A DNA stretch of 64,000 bases from Antechinus flavipes (Eukaryota). Under the pieces are notes generated by a model. It was not told the DNA's origin and did no database searches. It saw only the letters and a program-made list of their open reading frames with translations. This document shows, one piece after another, positions 36,401-49,029 of the stretch. Position 1 is the stretch's first letter, and each line of letters begins with the position of its first letter. The position numbers were made by a program, and so were the translations under genes. The DNA lies in NCBI RefSeq assembly GCF_016432865.1, contig NC_067398.1, positions 341,992,001 through 342,056,000 on the forward strand. The letters are read 5' to 3'.

Positions 36401-39400
36401 TTTCTGAAAGTTTTTTTAATCTAAAACAAAGTACAATGTTAATTTTCTTCTTTGACAACAGGCACACTGATGTACATTGGTGAAGCTGTGAATTAGTACA
36501 GCCTTTCTGGAAAGCAGTAATGGAGCTATGAACATGTTTTTAAACTGTGCCCCACTATGCTTATGCCCCAAAGGGTCTAAAGAAAAAGAAAATAACATAT
36601 ATGTACAGAAATGTTTATAACAGCTCTTTTTGTTTAGCAAATAACCGGAAACTATCATTTAGGGAATAGCTAAAGAAACTATAGTGTATATACACTTATG
36701 TATATATAATGGAATATTTTAAGAAATTTTTATAAAAGGAATGGTATCTAAGAGACTTAGGCAAAATTTTTATGAAGTGATGCAAAGTGAAATGAACAGA
36801 ACCACAATTTATATCATAACAACAATCTCATAATAGCCAAATTTGAAAGACTTAAGAATCAGATTAGATATACTCCAGAGTACTGAGGAGGGTCTGTGGT
36901 CTTCTTACAAGAGAAGTGATAATCTCAGGGCAGAATAAGAGAGTTTTTGTTATGGCAAATAATAATTTTGCCTGACTGTATATTTGTTATAATGATTTTG
37001 TTTTTATTTTCTTTTGGGAAGAGGGAATAGAAAGAGGGAAGTTGTCCATAGGACTCAATTAAAAAGTAAAAGAGGTGGGGGAAGAGTTTTTATGCTTTTT
37101 TTTTTTTCCGGAGGCAATTGGGTTTATAAATGACTTGCTCAAGGTCACATAGCTAGGAAGTGTTAAGTATCTGCGGTCATATTTGAATTCAGGTCCTCCT
37201 GACTTCAGGGCTGGTGCTCTAAACACTATGCTACCTACTGCCCCCTTTTATGCTTTAGGAAAAAAAAATTCTATATACCAAAGCTGTGAGTTGAGGAATA
37301 AAGTGTCTTTAATTAAGATAATATGGTAGCAATCCTGCCACTCTGTGGAATGTCCCATGAATTCAAAGGATAATGGATTTCCCAACCAAGAGACCCATGA
37401 AAAGTTATTTTATTTTTAGGAAGGGAGAGGAAAGGATTACTATGAAGATTTGTCATATGATCCTAGCCACTCCAGCAAGGAATACCTCTTCTTTCTGGCT
37501 GTTTTGCCCTTTTTGCTATGAATTTCTATGGAAAGAGATAAGGACTTTAGTGACCAAGGTCCAGTTTAAATTAAGTTCCTTTAGGAGGTAAAATCTTGGT
37601 GGGGAGAGGGAAGACTTATTATGTGGTTCTCAATCTAATCAAGAGTAAATATTTTAAGGATAGGAATGTAGAGACCTAAAAGAAAACAGGAGGAAACACA
37701 GGTAAGCAGGATAGCTTTGAAAGTTAGATGTTGAATCTGTTGTGTATGTAGATATATGGATTTTAAGGAAGCTAAGCCTAATAGATGATTTCTATTTTAG
37801 ATAGAATGCTTTTTCTGTTCTACTTTACATACGGGAATGGTCATTTTATTTCATGTTTAAGTTCAGAATTTAAAAAAATAAATAAATTGACTTTGAGCTG
37901 GGCCAAAGGAATTCTAAGTAGAGGAAATGCTATGATTGAAGAAAATCATGAAAATGGGAAAGGACAAAGCATGTTTCAGAGAATGGTAATATAAGAAATA
38001 AAATATAAGATATGAGTAGGGCTTTAATGTGAGAAAAGACAGCAGAGATTGACCACACTTTGTGAATGGTCTTGAATGGTAGACTAATCACTTTCTTTGA
38101 CCTTATGTAGTAAGCAGAAGAAAGTCATTGAAGGTATTTGAACTAGGGAATGGATTGATTAGATCTAGGTGCCAGGAAGACTAATCTGTAGTGGTATTTG
38201 AAGGCTAAAATTAAAGAGGGTACTGAGTAGATACAGGGAGACTTGTTAAAAGATAGATAACACTGAATCTATCATGTTTAACCTTGACCCCAAAGAAAAG
38301 ATAAGGATACGTATTCCTCCTTTTGTAAAAATGGGGGATTGTAAATGTAGAACCTTTAATTTCTGACTTGTTTGGTATATTGATTAGTGGCAATAATGGG
38401 GGGGGGAGGATTAAGTTATTTAAAATATTTTTTAAATCTTTTTTATTATTTGTTATAAAAAGTAGCTCCCTAAAAAAAAAAGTAGCTTCCTAGAAGGGAT
38501 TATACAGCAGGATATATTAGGAAATGTAGGTGATACTACAAAGATACACATAAATGTTTTTTATGAGGCTACAGTGGTAGAAATATGTTAAAGACTAAAC
38601 TAAGTGCATATAAATTTTCGTCCTCATTTCACTCACAGACATTATATTGCTTTATTTCCTTAAGAGACAGGAAATCTTACTGGCATCAGGCAGATCATCT
38701 TGGTCCTTTCAGGAAAAGGAGGGGTGGGGAAAAGTACCATTTCTACAGAGCTGGCCCTGGCCCTTCGGCATTCAGGCAAGAAGGTGAGTACTGCCATTCT
38801 CTCCTCTGCTGAGTTTGTTTCCTTTCATTTGCAACAATTGGAACTTTTCATTAGGTAAAATTAGTGTTGCTAGATCTTTTCTCATAGTAGCTAATATGCT
38901 TGATTGAAGTCCTAAGGCACTGAATATCAGTCTTTCTTTGACCAGTGGCGTGGCTGCATGGAACTTTCTGAACCCCTACTCCTGCTACCACCCTGTGGGA
39001 CATTCTTCATCTTGCCTGGGCAAGACAGCTCTACACTGTCTTTAGACTTCAAATCAACACGAATTCTCAAATCTCATGGCTGACTTCTCCAGTGATGTGG
39101 CAGTAGATCTGAATTTGACCTTAACTTTATTTTTTTGTTAGTTTGTTTATTTGTTTGTACTAACCACTAAAAGAAACTTTGCTCTATGAGATCTTTCAAA
39201 CACTGCCTCACTAGCCTGAACTGGGTTCTGTCTTATCACAGGTTGGGATTCTGGATGTGGATCTCTGCGGTCCCAGCATTCCCCGAATGCTAAAAGTACA
39301 AAACAAGGCCGTGCACCAGTGTGACAATGGCTGGGTGCCTGTGTTTGTGGACCAAGAGCAAACCATCTCCCTCATGTCTGTGGGTTTCCTACTGGAGAAG

Positions 39401-42400
39401 CCAGATGAGGCTGTGGTGTGGAGAGGACCCAAAAAAAATGGTATGGCTGTGTTTGGGCTGTAGTAATAGCTCGGGCTGCTCACTGTTAGCTGGCTGGGTG
39501 TTTTGCAGGACTCCACGCTAAATCCTTCCCAAGGAGAATCCAGAGCTACAAAGTATCTTTGAATGCATCTGATCCATCCAATCTCCCTCCTGGAGCTGCT
39601 AAGTTCCTTATCTCTTAAGTTATAGGTGTCTAGTCTTTGGGTATTTGAGAGAGAAAAATTGGAAAGAATGAATGTTCTGGACTATTTAGAATATAAACAT
39701 GCAGTTTTGTTTTATCCCTCATTTAAAAGCTTACCTTTACTTTTCTACTCTTAAAAGGCCAAGTATGTCTATTTCTTGATTTCTGTTACTTTTACTATTT
39801 AAGAGCCTGGTAATCTCAAAGCCAGAAAATTCAAAGTTTTGACCCAGCTCATATGAATTAAAATTGAGCCCTAATTGCTTTGACTAAAGGGATTGGGGAG
39901 ATCATAGGGATGATAGAAGCTGATGATTGGCTTTGATCCCTGTCTCCTAGGCCTAGTAGACAAGATAGAAGCTCCCTCCTCTGTGGCAGTACTACAGATC
40001 TCCAAGGAGCAGGACCACTGTCACAAGTAGGTAGCTGCTCACTGGCCCTCTGAATATGAGATTCAGTGCTTGCTATTCCATTTGAGAAAATTGTTGTTTT
40101 GGGCCTTGAAGGATCAGGTTACCATACAAATACTGCTGTCAGTGCTCACTTCTTAAGCTCCCATCAGCTAGGATCCTTGTATACATTCCTTCAGAGCAGT
40201 CTTGCAAGATTGCAATAGTAGAGGACTGGAGAAAAGTTGAACAGGGCAAATGTCACAGTTCTGTCCAAAGCTAGTCCTGGAATCTGAGACTCTTTGAGTG
40301 TAACATTAAGAATTCCAATACGGTTTTCAGGCTTCTTATTCGAAAGCAAAAACTCTTACATTGTGCTGACAGAACATTCAGCAGGCTTGGTACTTCTGGG
40401 TTTTGGCTGTCTTTTATAAAATGTCTTTCCTCATGTAAGAGTTTTAGGACAGCTTTTAGAGCAGTTTTAGGATAGTTCCTTAAGAGAATGCCACTTAATC
40501 TTATTTATCCAAATCCAGGTAAAGTTGTAGTTTCCAACCTTTTTGAGAATGAGGAAGTCTTTTTATTCCCTAGACCTGCAGGTAGTGGCTTCTTGTATTA
40601 CTAGTTTCCATTGATGGAAAAAAAAAACACATTAGGAAAGAAAATAGTAATACTTTTAAAATGGATTTTTTTTTTAAGTAATCACATCAGGATCTTCAAA
40701 TATTTGAAAATATAGTAATGTAAAAAGAAGTACTTTTCAGTCTAAAGAATCTGTGTTTATTTATGGGTGTATAGACCCCTAGCAAAAACTCCTTGGTGCC
40801 TGAAGCTTTGGTGGCAACCACTGAACTAATTGGAAGATTATTAGTAGTGGAGAGAATCTGAAAGAGACCTATGACTCTGCCTTCTTTTGCTTTGGCAGCA
40901 TTGATAAAACAGTTTGTCTCTGATGTGGCCTGGGGTAACTTGGACTATCTCATTGTGGATACACCGCCTGGGACTTCTGATGAGCACATTTCTGCTGTGG
41001 AAGCTCTTCGCCCTTATAAGCCCCTGGGAGCTATTTTGGTTACTACACCCCAGGTATGCTATGTTACCATGAGTCTCTTTGCCTGGATCTTTGAAACATC
41101 TGAGCAGCTAAGTGACATGCTGGGTATAACACCAGATCTGGAGTCGGGAAGACCTGAGTTGAAATCCAGCTTTAGAAACTAGCTGGGTGACCCTAGGCAA
41201 GTGACTTAACCCTGTTTGCCTCAGTTTCCTCATGGCAAATCATTTAAGTATCCTTGCCAAGAAAACCCTAAATAGTGTTAAAAGAGTCACATGATTGATA
41301 ACTGAGCAACAAGAAGCCTCTCTTTCCAGGTTTCTTAAACATTTTTGTATTATGAACCCTTTTTGATCTCTGATAAAACCTCTGGATCCCTTTTCAGAAT
41401 AATGCTTTTAAATGCATAAAATAAAACACTTAAATTGCAAGGGAAACCAATTATATTAAAATTGTTATCAAAACATTAACAAAAATAGCTCTTGCTGAAT
41501 ATGGATCAAATCATAGTATTTTCACTTTTTTTTTTCTTTTGGTCTGATTTTTCTTGTACACCATGGTAAATATGGATATATATTTAAAAGGAGTATACAT
41601 GTTTTGCTTGTTATCTTAGTACAGGGGGGAGGTAGAAAAGAGAGGAAGAAAATTTTGAAACACAAAATCTTAGAAAAATGAATGTTAAAATGTATTTGGA
41701 AAACTAAAATAACTTTTGAGGGGGGAAAAAAAATAAGATCTTGGACTCCAGTTTAAGCAAATGCTTCTTTCAATATCCAGTCCAGAAGAACGAACTGCCC
41801 CATTTGCTTTGGTGCTAAATGGAAAGTCACTTCAACCAAATGGCTTTATGTTGTACTTGCTGATTTGTTTTCTTCTTCTTACTCTGATTTTAACAAAATA
41901 TTTAATCCTTTGAGAAAATGTCTCTATGGGAATAAGAAACTAAAAGACAGTATCCTCTTTGTTTTATAACCTGCTGTAAACATGCCAATCCACTTATGAT
42001 AGACTTTTTTTTGTTTTTTTTTCTGTATCTACAGGCAATTTCTGTGGGTGATGTCCGGAGAGAGCTCACCTTTTGCAAGAAGACAGGGTTGCGAGTGCTT
42101 GGAATTGTGGAGAATATGAGTGGTTTTGTCTGTCCACATTGTTCGGTGAGCTGTGGGATAGTTTTTTTTTTAAGGTTTTTACCATTCTGTCACCAGGCAG
42201 TTCATTAATCTAGCAGAGTAAATGATTCAGTGTAACTGAAAAGTAGCTATGTCTTGTTCCATCTTCATTTTCTCATGCACTAGTATAATGCATTGCATAT
42301 AATAGGTGTGTAACAACCTTTTTTGAATAAAAATATCATTCCTTCTTATCTATTTAGCGCAGAAAAGTTTGCCCTGGAGGTAATCAGGACTAGGCCAACA

Positions 42401-44228
42401 ACCTCAAAAGAAATGAATATAGGTACATGAAATGGAACTGAACCTATTCCAGATGATAGATGCCATATGGTATATGGCTCTCAGTGCCTATCTTCTATTA
42501 GTATTTCTTCCTTTTGCACTAGCTTCTGCAATGAACTGTTTTCACCTAAATCTGTGACCAACAAACTGACTTGGCAATCAGAGGTCAAATCCAGTCTTCT
42601 TCCTATTTTCAGCTTAGCAGCTTATTTATTTTTATATATATATTTTTTATAATTTGGATAAGTTTTTAAAAATTATTTTAAAATGTAAAAAACATTCGTA
42701 TTTCATACAGACAAAACCAAATGACAGATGAGGCCTCTACCCTCGTTTACTAACCCATGATCTGTACTTTAAGGTCCCTTATCTTATTATTCTGCCCTTA
42801 TTACTCTCTAATCAGAAGAATGTCATCTGAGAGAAAATTTAAGTAGGCCTCTGATCCTAGTCAACTTTTTTTTTCTCTGATTATAGGAGTGCACTAATCT
42901 TTTCTCTAAGGGAGGTGGGGAAGAATTGGCCAGACATGCAAAAGTTCCCTTCTTAGGTAAGTAGTAGATGAAACTTAAAAACTTTTATGGGGTGACTTTG
43001 ATTTTCTGAGTCCTTGGAAAATATCTTCTCTGTAATCATCATAGTATGATTAGAGATACCGAACTGAAGGGTAATTCCTTTTCATTATCCACTTAGATTA
43101 TTTGCATATCTTCTCCCAACAGATTACAATCTAAGTGACATAATGACTGCATCCTAGGGAGTTACTTGAGCCATGTAGAGCTTAATTGCCCAGAATCAAA
43201 CTACTGGTGAGAGTCAGAGATGGAGTTAGAGCCAGTTGAGTCCAAGTTCATCAAGCTGTTCACAATGCCATGCTGCCTCAGTTTAGGTCCTGGATTGAAT
43301 ATCAGGTGCATTCTTTGTACCTCATTCTCAATCATAAATTGAATATGAAGAGAATTAAAACTGGGGTAAGTTTTCTACACCATCACAGATTTTTGTAATT
43401 GTCTCTTGTGTCCTGCCTAAAGTCATTGGGCAATTTAAAGAGTAGAATTAAGAATTAATAGTGACACAAATTCCCCAGTTCTAAGCATAGTTTTAATTTA
43501 ATGACATGAAACAAAAGAACACAAACTGGCAGGTATTTATAAAAGATAAGAGAGTTGCTACTTACTCTACTTCATGATATTGAATGGGAAAAATAATAGA
43601 GCTGTGGGGTTTGAGGAGACCTCACAGATTATCTAGTTTAATCTTTCCTACTCTTATTTTACATATGAGGAAACTGAGGTCTAGATGAACTGATTTTCCT
43701 GAGGTTACATGGGTAGTAACCATCACAGATGGTATTTGAATCCAGTTTATTTTAAATTTCCACCGTGTGCCATGCACTGTGGTATAAACACTGAGATTAT
43801 AAAGAACCAAGACCCTTCCAGCTAAACCATGCATTCATGTCCTGTTCATATTGATTTTCTATGGAGTCATTTCTTATGGACTTGTGGTTTCATGAGCAGT
43901 AATCTAAATTTGTAGGAAAGATCTGTGTTATGATCACAAATTTAGAAGTGTCAGAAAGTGAAAGTGACTTACTCTGTGTGAATCTTGCTGGTGCCATATG
44001 CTTTCTTTCCCTTTCCTGTTATGTGTAGGCTTTCTGTCAGGCAAGCATCCCCTTCTGACTTCCTCTTTTTCTTCCCTTATAGGCTGTGTGCCCCTGGATC
44101 CTCAGCTTACAAAGAGTTTGGAGGAAGGCCAAGACTTCATCCAGGAATTCCCTAAAAGTCCTGCTTTTCCTGCATTCATTTCCATCACACAGCAAATCTT
44201 GAATGGGACATCGGCTCAAACCTCCTAA
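33480..44228 (+). CDS. NUBP2: Cytosolic Fe-S cluster assembly factor NUBP2 (7 exons; 271 aa)
   Basis: Exons 33480-33495, 38665-38783, 39242-39440, 40899-41053, 42035-42145, 42887-42956, 44083-44228; total 816 nt; deviant Walker [42 protein letters not shown]. Confidence 0.97.
34775..34955 (+). mobile_element. L1 3'UTR fragment
   Basis: gactgaatatagatcagagcatagtattttcac...gaaaaataaaatac. Confidence 0.6.
35560..37070 (+). mobile_element. Old, fragmented L1 3' end
   Basis: Degenerate ORF2-end and 3'UTR phrases (gtgatgcaaagtgaaatgaacagaacc); approximate. Confidence 0.5.
37099..37245 (-). mobile_element. WSINE1-like SINE
   Basis: Antisense copy; TSD TTTTATGCTTT at 37088-37098 and 37246-37256. 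Confidence 0.85.
38665..38783 (+). CDS. NUBP2: NUBP2 exon 2
   Basis: [40 protein letters not shown]; 119 nt. Confidence 0.93.
39242..39440 (+). CDS. NUBP2: NUBP2 exon 3
   Basis: [17 protein letters not shown]...VVWRGPKKN; 199 nt. Confidence 0.95.
40899..41053 (+). CDS. NUBP2: NUBP2 exon 4
   Basis: [30 protein letters not shown]...VTTPQ; 155 nt. Confidence 0.95.
41101..41312 (+). mobile_element. Mar1-type CORE-SINE in NUBP2 intron 4
   Basis: gcagctaagtgac...gtgaccctaggcaagtgacttaacc...ccttgccaagaaaacc. Confidence 0.7.
42035..42145 (+). CDS. NUBP2: NUBP2 exon 5
   Basis: [37 protein letters not shown]; 111 nt. Confidence 0.95.
42887..42956 (+). CDS. NUBP2: NUBP2 exon 6
   Basis: [23 protein letters not shown]; TAG| and |GTAAG; 70 nt. 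Confidence 0.95.
44083..44228 (+). CDS. NUBP2: NUBP2 exon 7 to stop
   Basis: [29 protein letters not shown]...QTS*; ATTAAA at 44407-44412. Confidence 0.93.
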
Positions 44229-46177
44229 GAAGACATCTCAGGCTCATGCCGACTATGATTCCTTTTTTGCTGCTTTTGGAGACAGACCTTTAAAAGAGTT
44301 GTAACCAGAAGAACATCACAGTGAAAAGGCCTCTAAAGAAACTTCCTGGATCATCCACAAGCCCTTAGTGCAGAGGAGCCAGTGTCATTTCTGCAGTCTC
44401 ACTGCTATTAAAATAGGCTCCCTAAAGACCAGTAGCTGTTAAGTCTGGGGCATTGGCTTGTTTGTTTTGCCACAATCCCTAGCAGTATGTCAAGCCTTGG
44501 CATCCTTCTGCTCAGAGTGTGGATCCACAGTGGTTAATGGTACTAAGTTTTAGCTGCTCTTTACAAGACAGGACCATGGAAGGCATGCTGACTTTAGCCA
44601 CGATGTAGCTAACTGTAGAGACATCCCAACATAAATGACATTGTCATTTCTCTCTCTACCTCTGGTACTAAAACTGTTATTGCATATACCATGGACAACT
44701 TTTCCTTGGCTCTGGATGCAGTGCTACTAAGTGCTTCTAAGTATTTGGAGTAGTTCCCTTTTAAGATGTGTAAATACAATATGGCTATTAAATCCATATG
44801 ATAATTTGGAAACATATTTAGTTTAAAGGAATATATCTCTGGTCCCATCATATGATTTCTTCGTTGTTAAACATGCCTCAGGAATGCTTTGGAACTTTAA
44901 AAGAGCTCTCAATTAAAGAAATTCATAGCTCTCCTTTGATCTCTTTTTTTTTAAGTGTTTTTGTGAGTTCTCCTTCCTTGCCTTTTACTCTTTTTAATCA
45001 GTTGTCTTGCTCTTAGTTTCCCCTATTTAACTCTTGGTAACAAGTGAGATCTGCATCTGGACAGACAGCTCCATTTCAGTAGGTTGAAGAGTCCACATAG
45101 TGAAAGTAAATTTGAATCTGGGTTAGCTTGAGTACAGAAAAGTTATAAGATAACTAGCAGAACATGATTGTGATTGCTTAAAGTAACTACTTAACATTGT
45201 AAATAAGGCCTTCAAAGTCTAGTAAACCAGGACATCTTCCTAAAATGTGTCTTGGGTGAGAGGAATTTGTTTACAATCTGATAAGTGTCTTTTTTTTTTT
45301 TTTTTAAGTAACTTCAGCCTTCCATAATTTTTTGTTCGAGCTGAAAGAACCAGTATGTATACACTTCCTCTTTCCTTTGGGGTTTTACTTTTTCCTTTGT
45401 AGAAGTTCACTTCCAGTTTGCTGCTGAGAAATGATGTTAGAAAACAATGGACTGAGAAGATTTAAGTGATAAAAACAGCACCACAGGTTAGAATATCCAT
45501 ACCTTAGCAGTATTTTTCTACATCTCTGTGTACATGTGGGTTGGAGGGGAGGACATGGATTCTGCTCCTGTTTCACATCAGTCTTGTAGAACTAGAACAG
45601 GAAGTATTATGAAAAGATGGAGGCAAGAGATGTCAGGAAAGCAGTTGAAATGGGACACAAAAAGAAAAACCCACTTTTTGGTATAATCCTTTATATGTTC
45701 ACTTGATCCTACAACACATAGTATTCTTAGGTATTGTTCCATAACCATCTTGCCCATCGTGCTGCTGGGGAGAGGGTTTGAGATTCTAGGAGCCCCTGAT
45801 TACTGATTTCAGAAGGAAATTCTGCTGGAACTTTTGTGCCTGAGATCATAACTCAATCTATTAATATATCAATTAGAAAATCACCCAGTTCAGTGAAATC
45901 TATCTATTTAGCTAGATTTCCCCACACAGTTTTTCCAGCAATAGCTTCAATTTCCCTATTTACCACGTAACCTTTATAACATTTTTCTTTTTGGCAGAGA
46001 TGATAGATTTGGCAAATTCTCAAACCCATTGAGCTTGGTTAAGAAAGTAGTATAAGTCTGAGTGCACTGTGACCTCTAGAGTCTTTAGCTTTCTTAAATT
46101 AGGTAAATTTAGGGTGCTGTTTGAAGCATTCTTAGAATCATGTGGATTTGAAGTACCAAGACAACCAGATTTACTCG

Positions 46178-46207
46178 TGTGTATATGTGTGTATGTGTGT
46201 GTGTGTA
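46178..46207 (+). repeat. Imperfect (GT)n microsatellite
   Basis: gtgtgtatatgtgtgtatgtgtgtgtgtgt. Confidence 0.8.
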
Positions 46208-47215
46208 GAGAAAGTGACAAAAAATTCTTTAAATTTGGTCTGATGCAAGCTTGCCTTTACTCAAGAATTGTGCTTGATTCTTATAAAGTTAAAGAATTAG
46301 AATGATAGAATCTAGAAAAGAAAAACTCAAATGATTTCACTACCAGTCAACAAATACATGAAGGAATCCTAGCAGAAAAATGTTGACCCGTTCTAATCTA
46401 CTGCCTTCTAAAAGAAAAGCATAAAGACATTTGAAACAGCCAAAAAAGAAGAGGTGAGGTATGAAAAATGAGAATTTGAATGTCAAGATTCCAAAGTAGT
46501 ATATAAATTCTGGAAAAGTTTTTAGAAAAATCAGAAATGCTGATTGGTGCTTGGTTACTGAAGGTATGGGAAATTGGATGGCCTTTGTGTGTTCCCTTCT
46601 ACTTGAGGATTCTAAGATCGGTCAAGACTAATGAGAAGCAACTCTTTCTGATCTGGGCTAACTCACTTTTTATCGTCTTCATTTGATTCGAGGAGGAGAA
46701 CATGTTATGCTTTTTTTTTGTGAAATTGCTTTTAATCGATAATGAGCATCTTACTGGATAGGAGTAGAAACTGCTTCATCTGCCCCCCTTCCCCCTTTGT
46801 GATTTGCTATTCTTTGTGGTCACAGACCTTTTGGGGACTGGGCCAGTGACCATCTGTTCCAAACCCACAGAAGACCAAGTTGAATGGCAAAGTCCAAAGA
46901 ACTTGTTTGTACCTTGGCCAACCAAAGGCCAAGGCAACCCTACTAGAGTTGAAACACTATGGAAGTATGGGGGAAAAAAAGAAGTTGAACTATGAAGTCA
47001 TCCCTTTGTCTGCTCTGGTCTCCCGTGGAGGCCAGAGGAGCACCACACAGTTCTCTGAGATGTTCAGATACTATTTGCTTGACTACCAGGGGACTGGCTC
47101 ATCTTTTTTTCTTGGCTGGTATAGTAAGGGTCACCCCTAAGGAGTAAGTGGGATTGATTCCACAGCATAACCATCACAGACTCCTGGTTCCACTCAGGGA
47201 AAGTTGGGTACGGGG

Positions 47216-49029
47216 TTAACAGTGAGCAAAATGGTCTTCTCCCACATCACGCAGGTCAAGGCCAGCCACCTCGAGGGGGCTCTGACAGGTGAGGTTATTA
47301 TAGGTGTACACGGGAGTCTGGCAGTCGTCCCGCTCTTGGATGGCTCGGACAAAGCGAGGCACCACACTGGGCTTCTTCAGGGAAAAATCCCTCAGCCCCT
47401 TTAGGGAACAGCTGCAGTTCCATCTGTTTCCTTCCAACCACAGCTGTTCCAGCGCTGGGAGCTGCGTGGAGAAGGTCCTAAGAGAGTTGTTCTTGAGGCT
47501 GAGATACCTGAGATTCCCCAAAGGGGCAAACAGGCCGTCAGCTATGGTTTCTATGTGGTTGTGGGAGAGGTCAAGCCAGAACAGACGCTGGAGGGAGCTG
47601 AAGGTATCTGGGGAGAGATGGGCCAGCTGGTTGTGGGAAAGAAGCAGGTACTCCAGGTTCTGGAGCCCCTGGAAGAGCTGACGAGAGAGGAGCGCCAGCA
47701 TGTTGGCCGTGAGGTCCAGCTCCAAAAGTTCATGCAGCTCCGTCAGGCTCTGGTCCTCGATCTCGGAGATGCTGTTATGCTTCAAGAAGAGTCTCCGCAA
47801 GCCAGGGAGGCCCGAGAACGTGTGCCGCTGGACCCGGCTGAGGCAGCTGCCCTCGAGGTGGAGGCTGTGCAGTTTGCCGAGCCCCTTGAAGACCTGCTCA
47901 GGGAGGCTTTTGATGCAGTTGCTGGACAGATTCATCACAGCCACGTTGAAGAGGCCAGGAAACGCCCCAACCTTGATGTCCTGGATCTGATTGTGGTTCA
48001 GGGTGAGGACTTCCAGTTGGCCCAGACCCTCGAATGTCCTCTCCCCAAGACTCCTGATCTTGTTGTGCCCGAGCTGCAGCTCCTCCAGGATCTGTAGGTC
48101 TTTGAAGGTCCTGGGCCGGAGACCACTGATGGCATTGTTGGAGAGGCGCAGGACGTGCAGGCTGAGGAGGCCCAGGAAGGTCTCCTCGAAGAGGACGCCG
48201 ATGCGGTTGTGAGACAGGTCCAGCCAGCGCAAGGACCTGAGGCCCAGGAAAGCCCGGGGGGCCACGGTGCTGATGAGGTTGTGGCTCAGGTAGAGCTTCT
48301 GCAGCTTCTGCAGCTTGATGAAGACGTTGGCCTTGATGCTCCTCAGAGCGTTCCCGCTCAGATCCAGTTCCCGCAGCTCAGTGAGGCTGCAGAAGAGCTG
48401 GGGCTGCAAGTAAGCCAGCTTGTTCCCGGCCACGACAAGCTCACGCAGGTTGGGCAGGTCGTGGAACAGCGTGTCTGGGAGAACCACCAGCGAGTTCCAG
48501 CCAAGGTTCAGGTCCCAGAGGTTGGACAGCCCCGCAAAGAGCCCCTCTTCCACCTTGCTGAAGTGGTTGTTGTTGAGGCTCAGGGACACCAGGTTCTGGG
48601 TGTGCAGGAAAGTGTTGGGGGCCAGGGACTTCAGCCGGTTTCGCTCCAGGTGGAGGTGATAGAGGGCCCTGAGTCCATGGAAAGCGTGCGGCTCGAGGCT
48701 GCTCACCTGGCTGCTCTGCAGGTTGAGGAAATCCAGGCTGGAGAGGTTTTTGAAGGCCCCCGTAGGCAGCGTGGTGAAGTTGTTGCCGTCCAGCCACAGA
48801 GCCTTGGTGGGCCCAGGCAGGTCACTGGGGAGCTGCGTGAGGTTCTTGGAGCTGCAGTAGACGTTGAGCTCTTCGCTGTAGTCATCGTAGCTGCAGGCGC
48901 AGACACCCGGGCACTTCAGGAGCTCGGGATCGCCGGCCTCCGCTCCTTCCAGGCCCAAGGAGCTCCTTGCTCCGGGGCCCACCATTGCCCAGGGGAGCAG
49001 CAGCAGCCGCACTGCCAGGGGGATGGCTC
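47216..49029 (-). CDS. IGFALS: IGFALS exon 2
   Basis: ORF 47216..49012 extended to the AG acceptor at 49030-49031. Confidence 0.97.
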
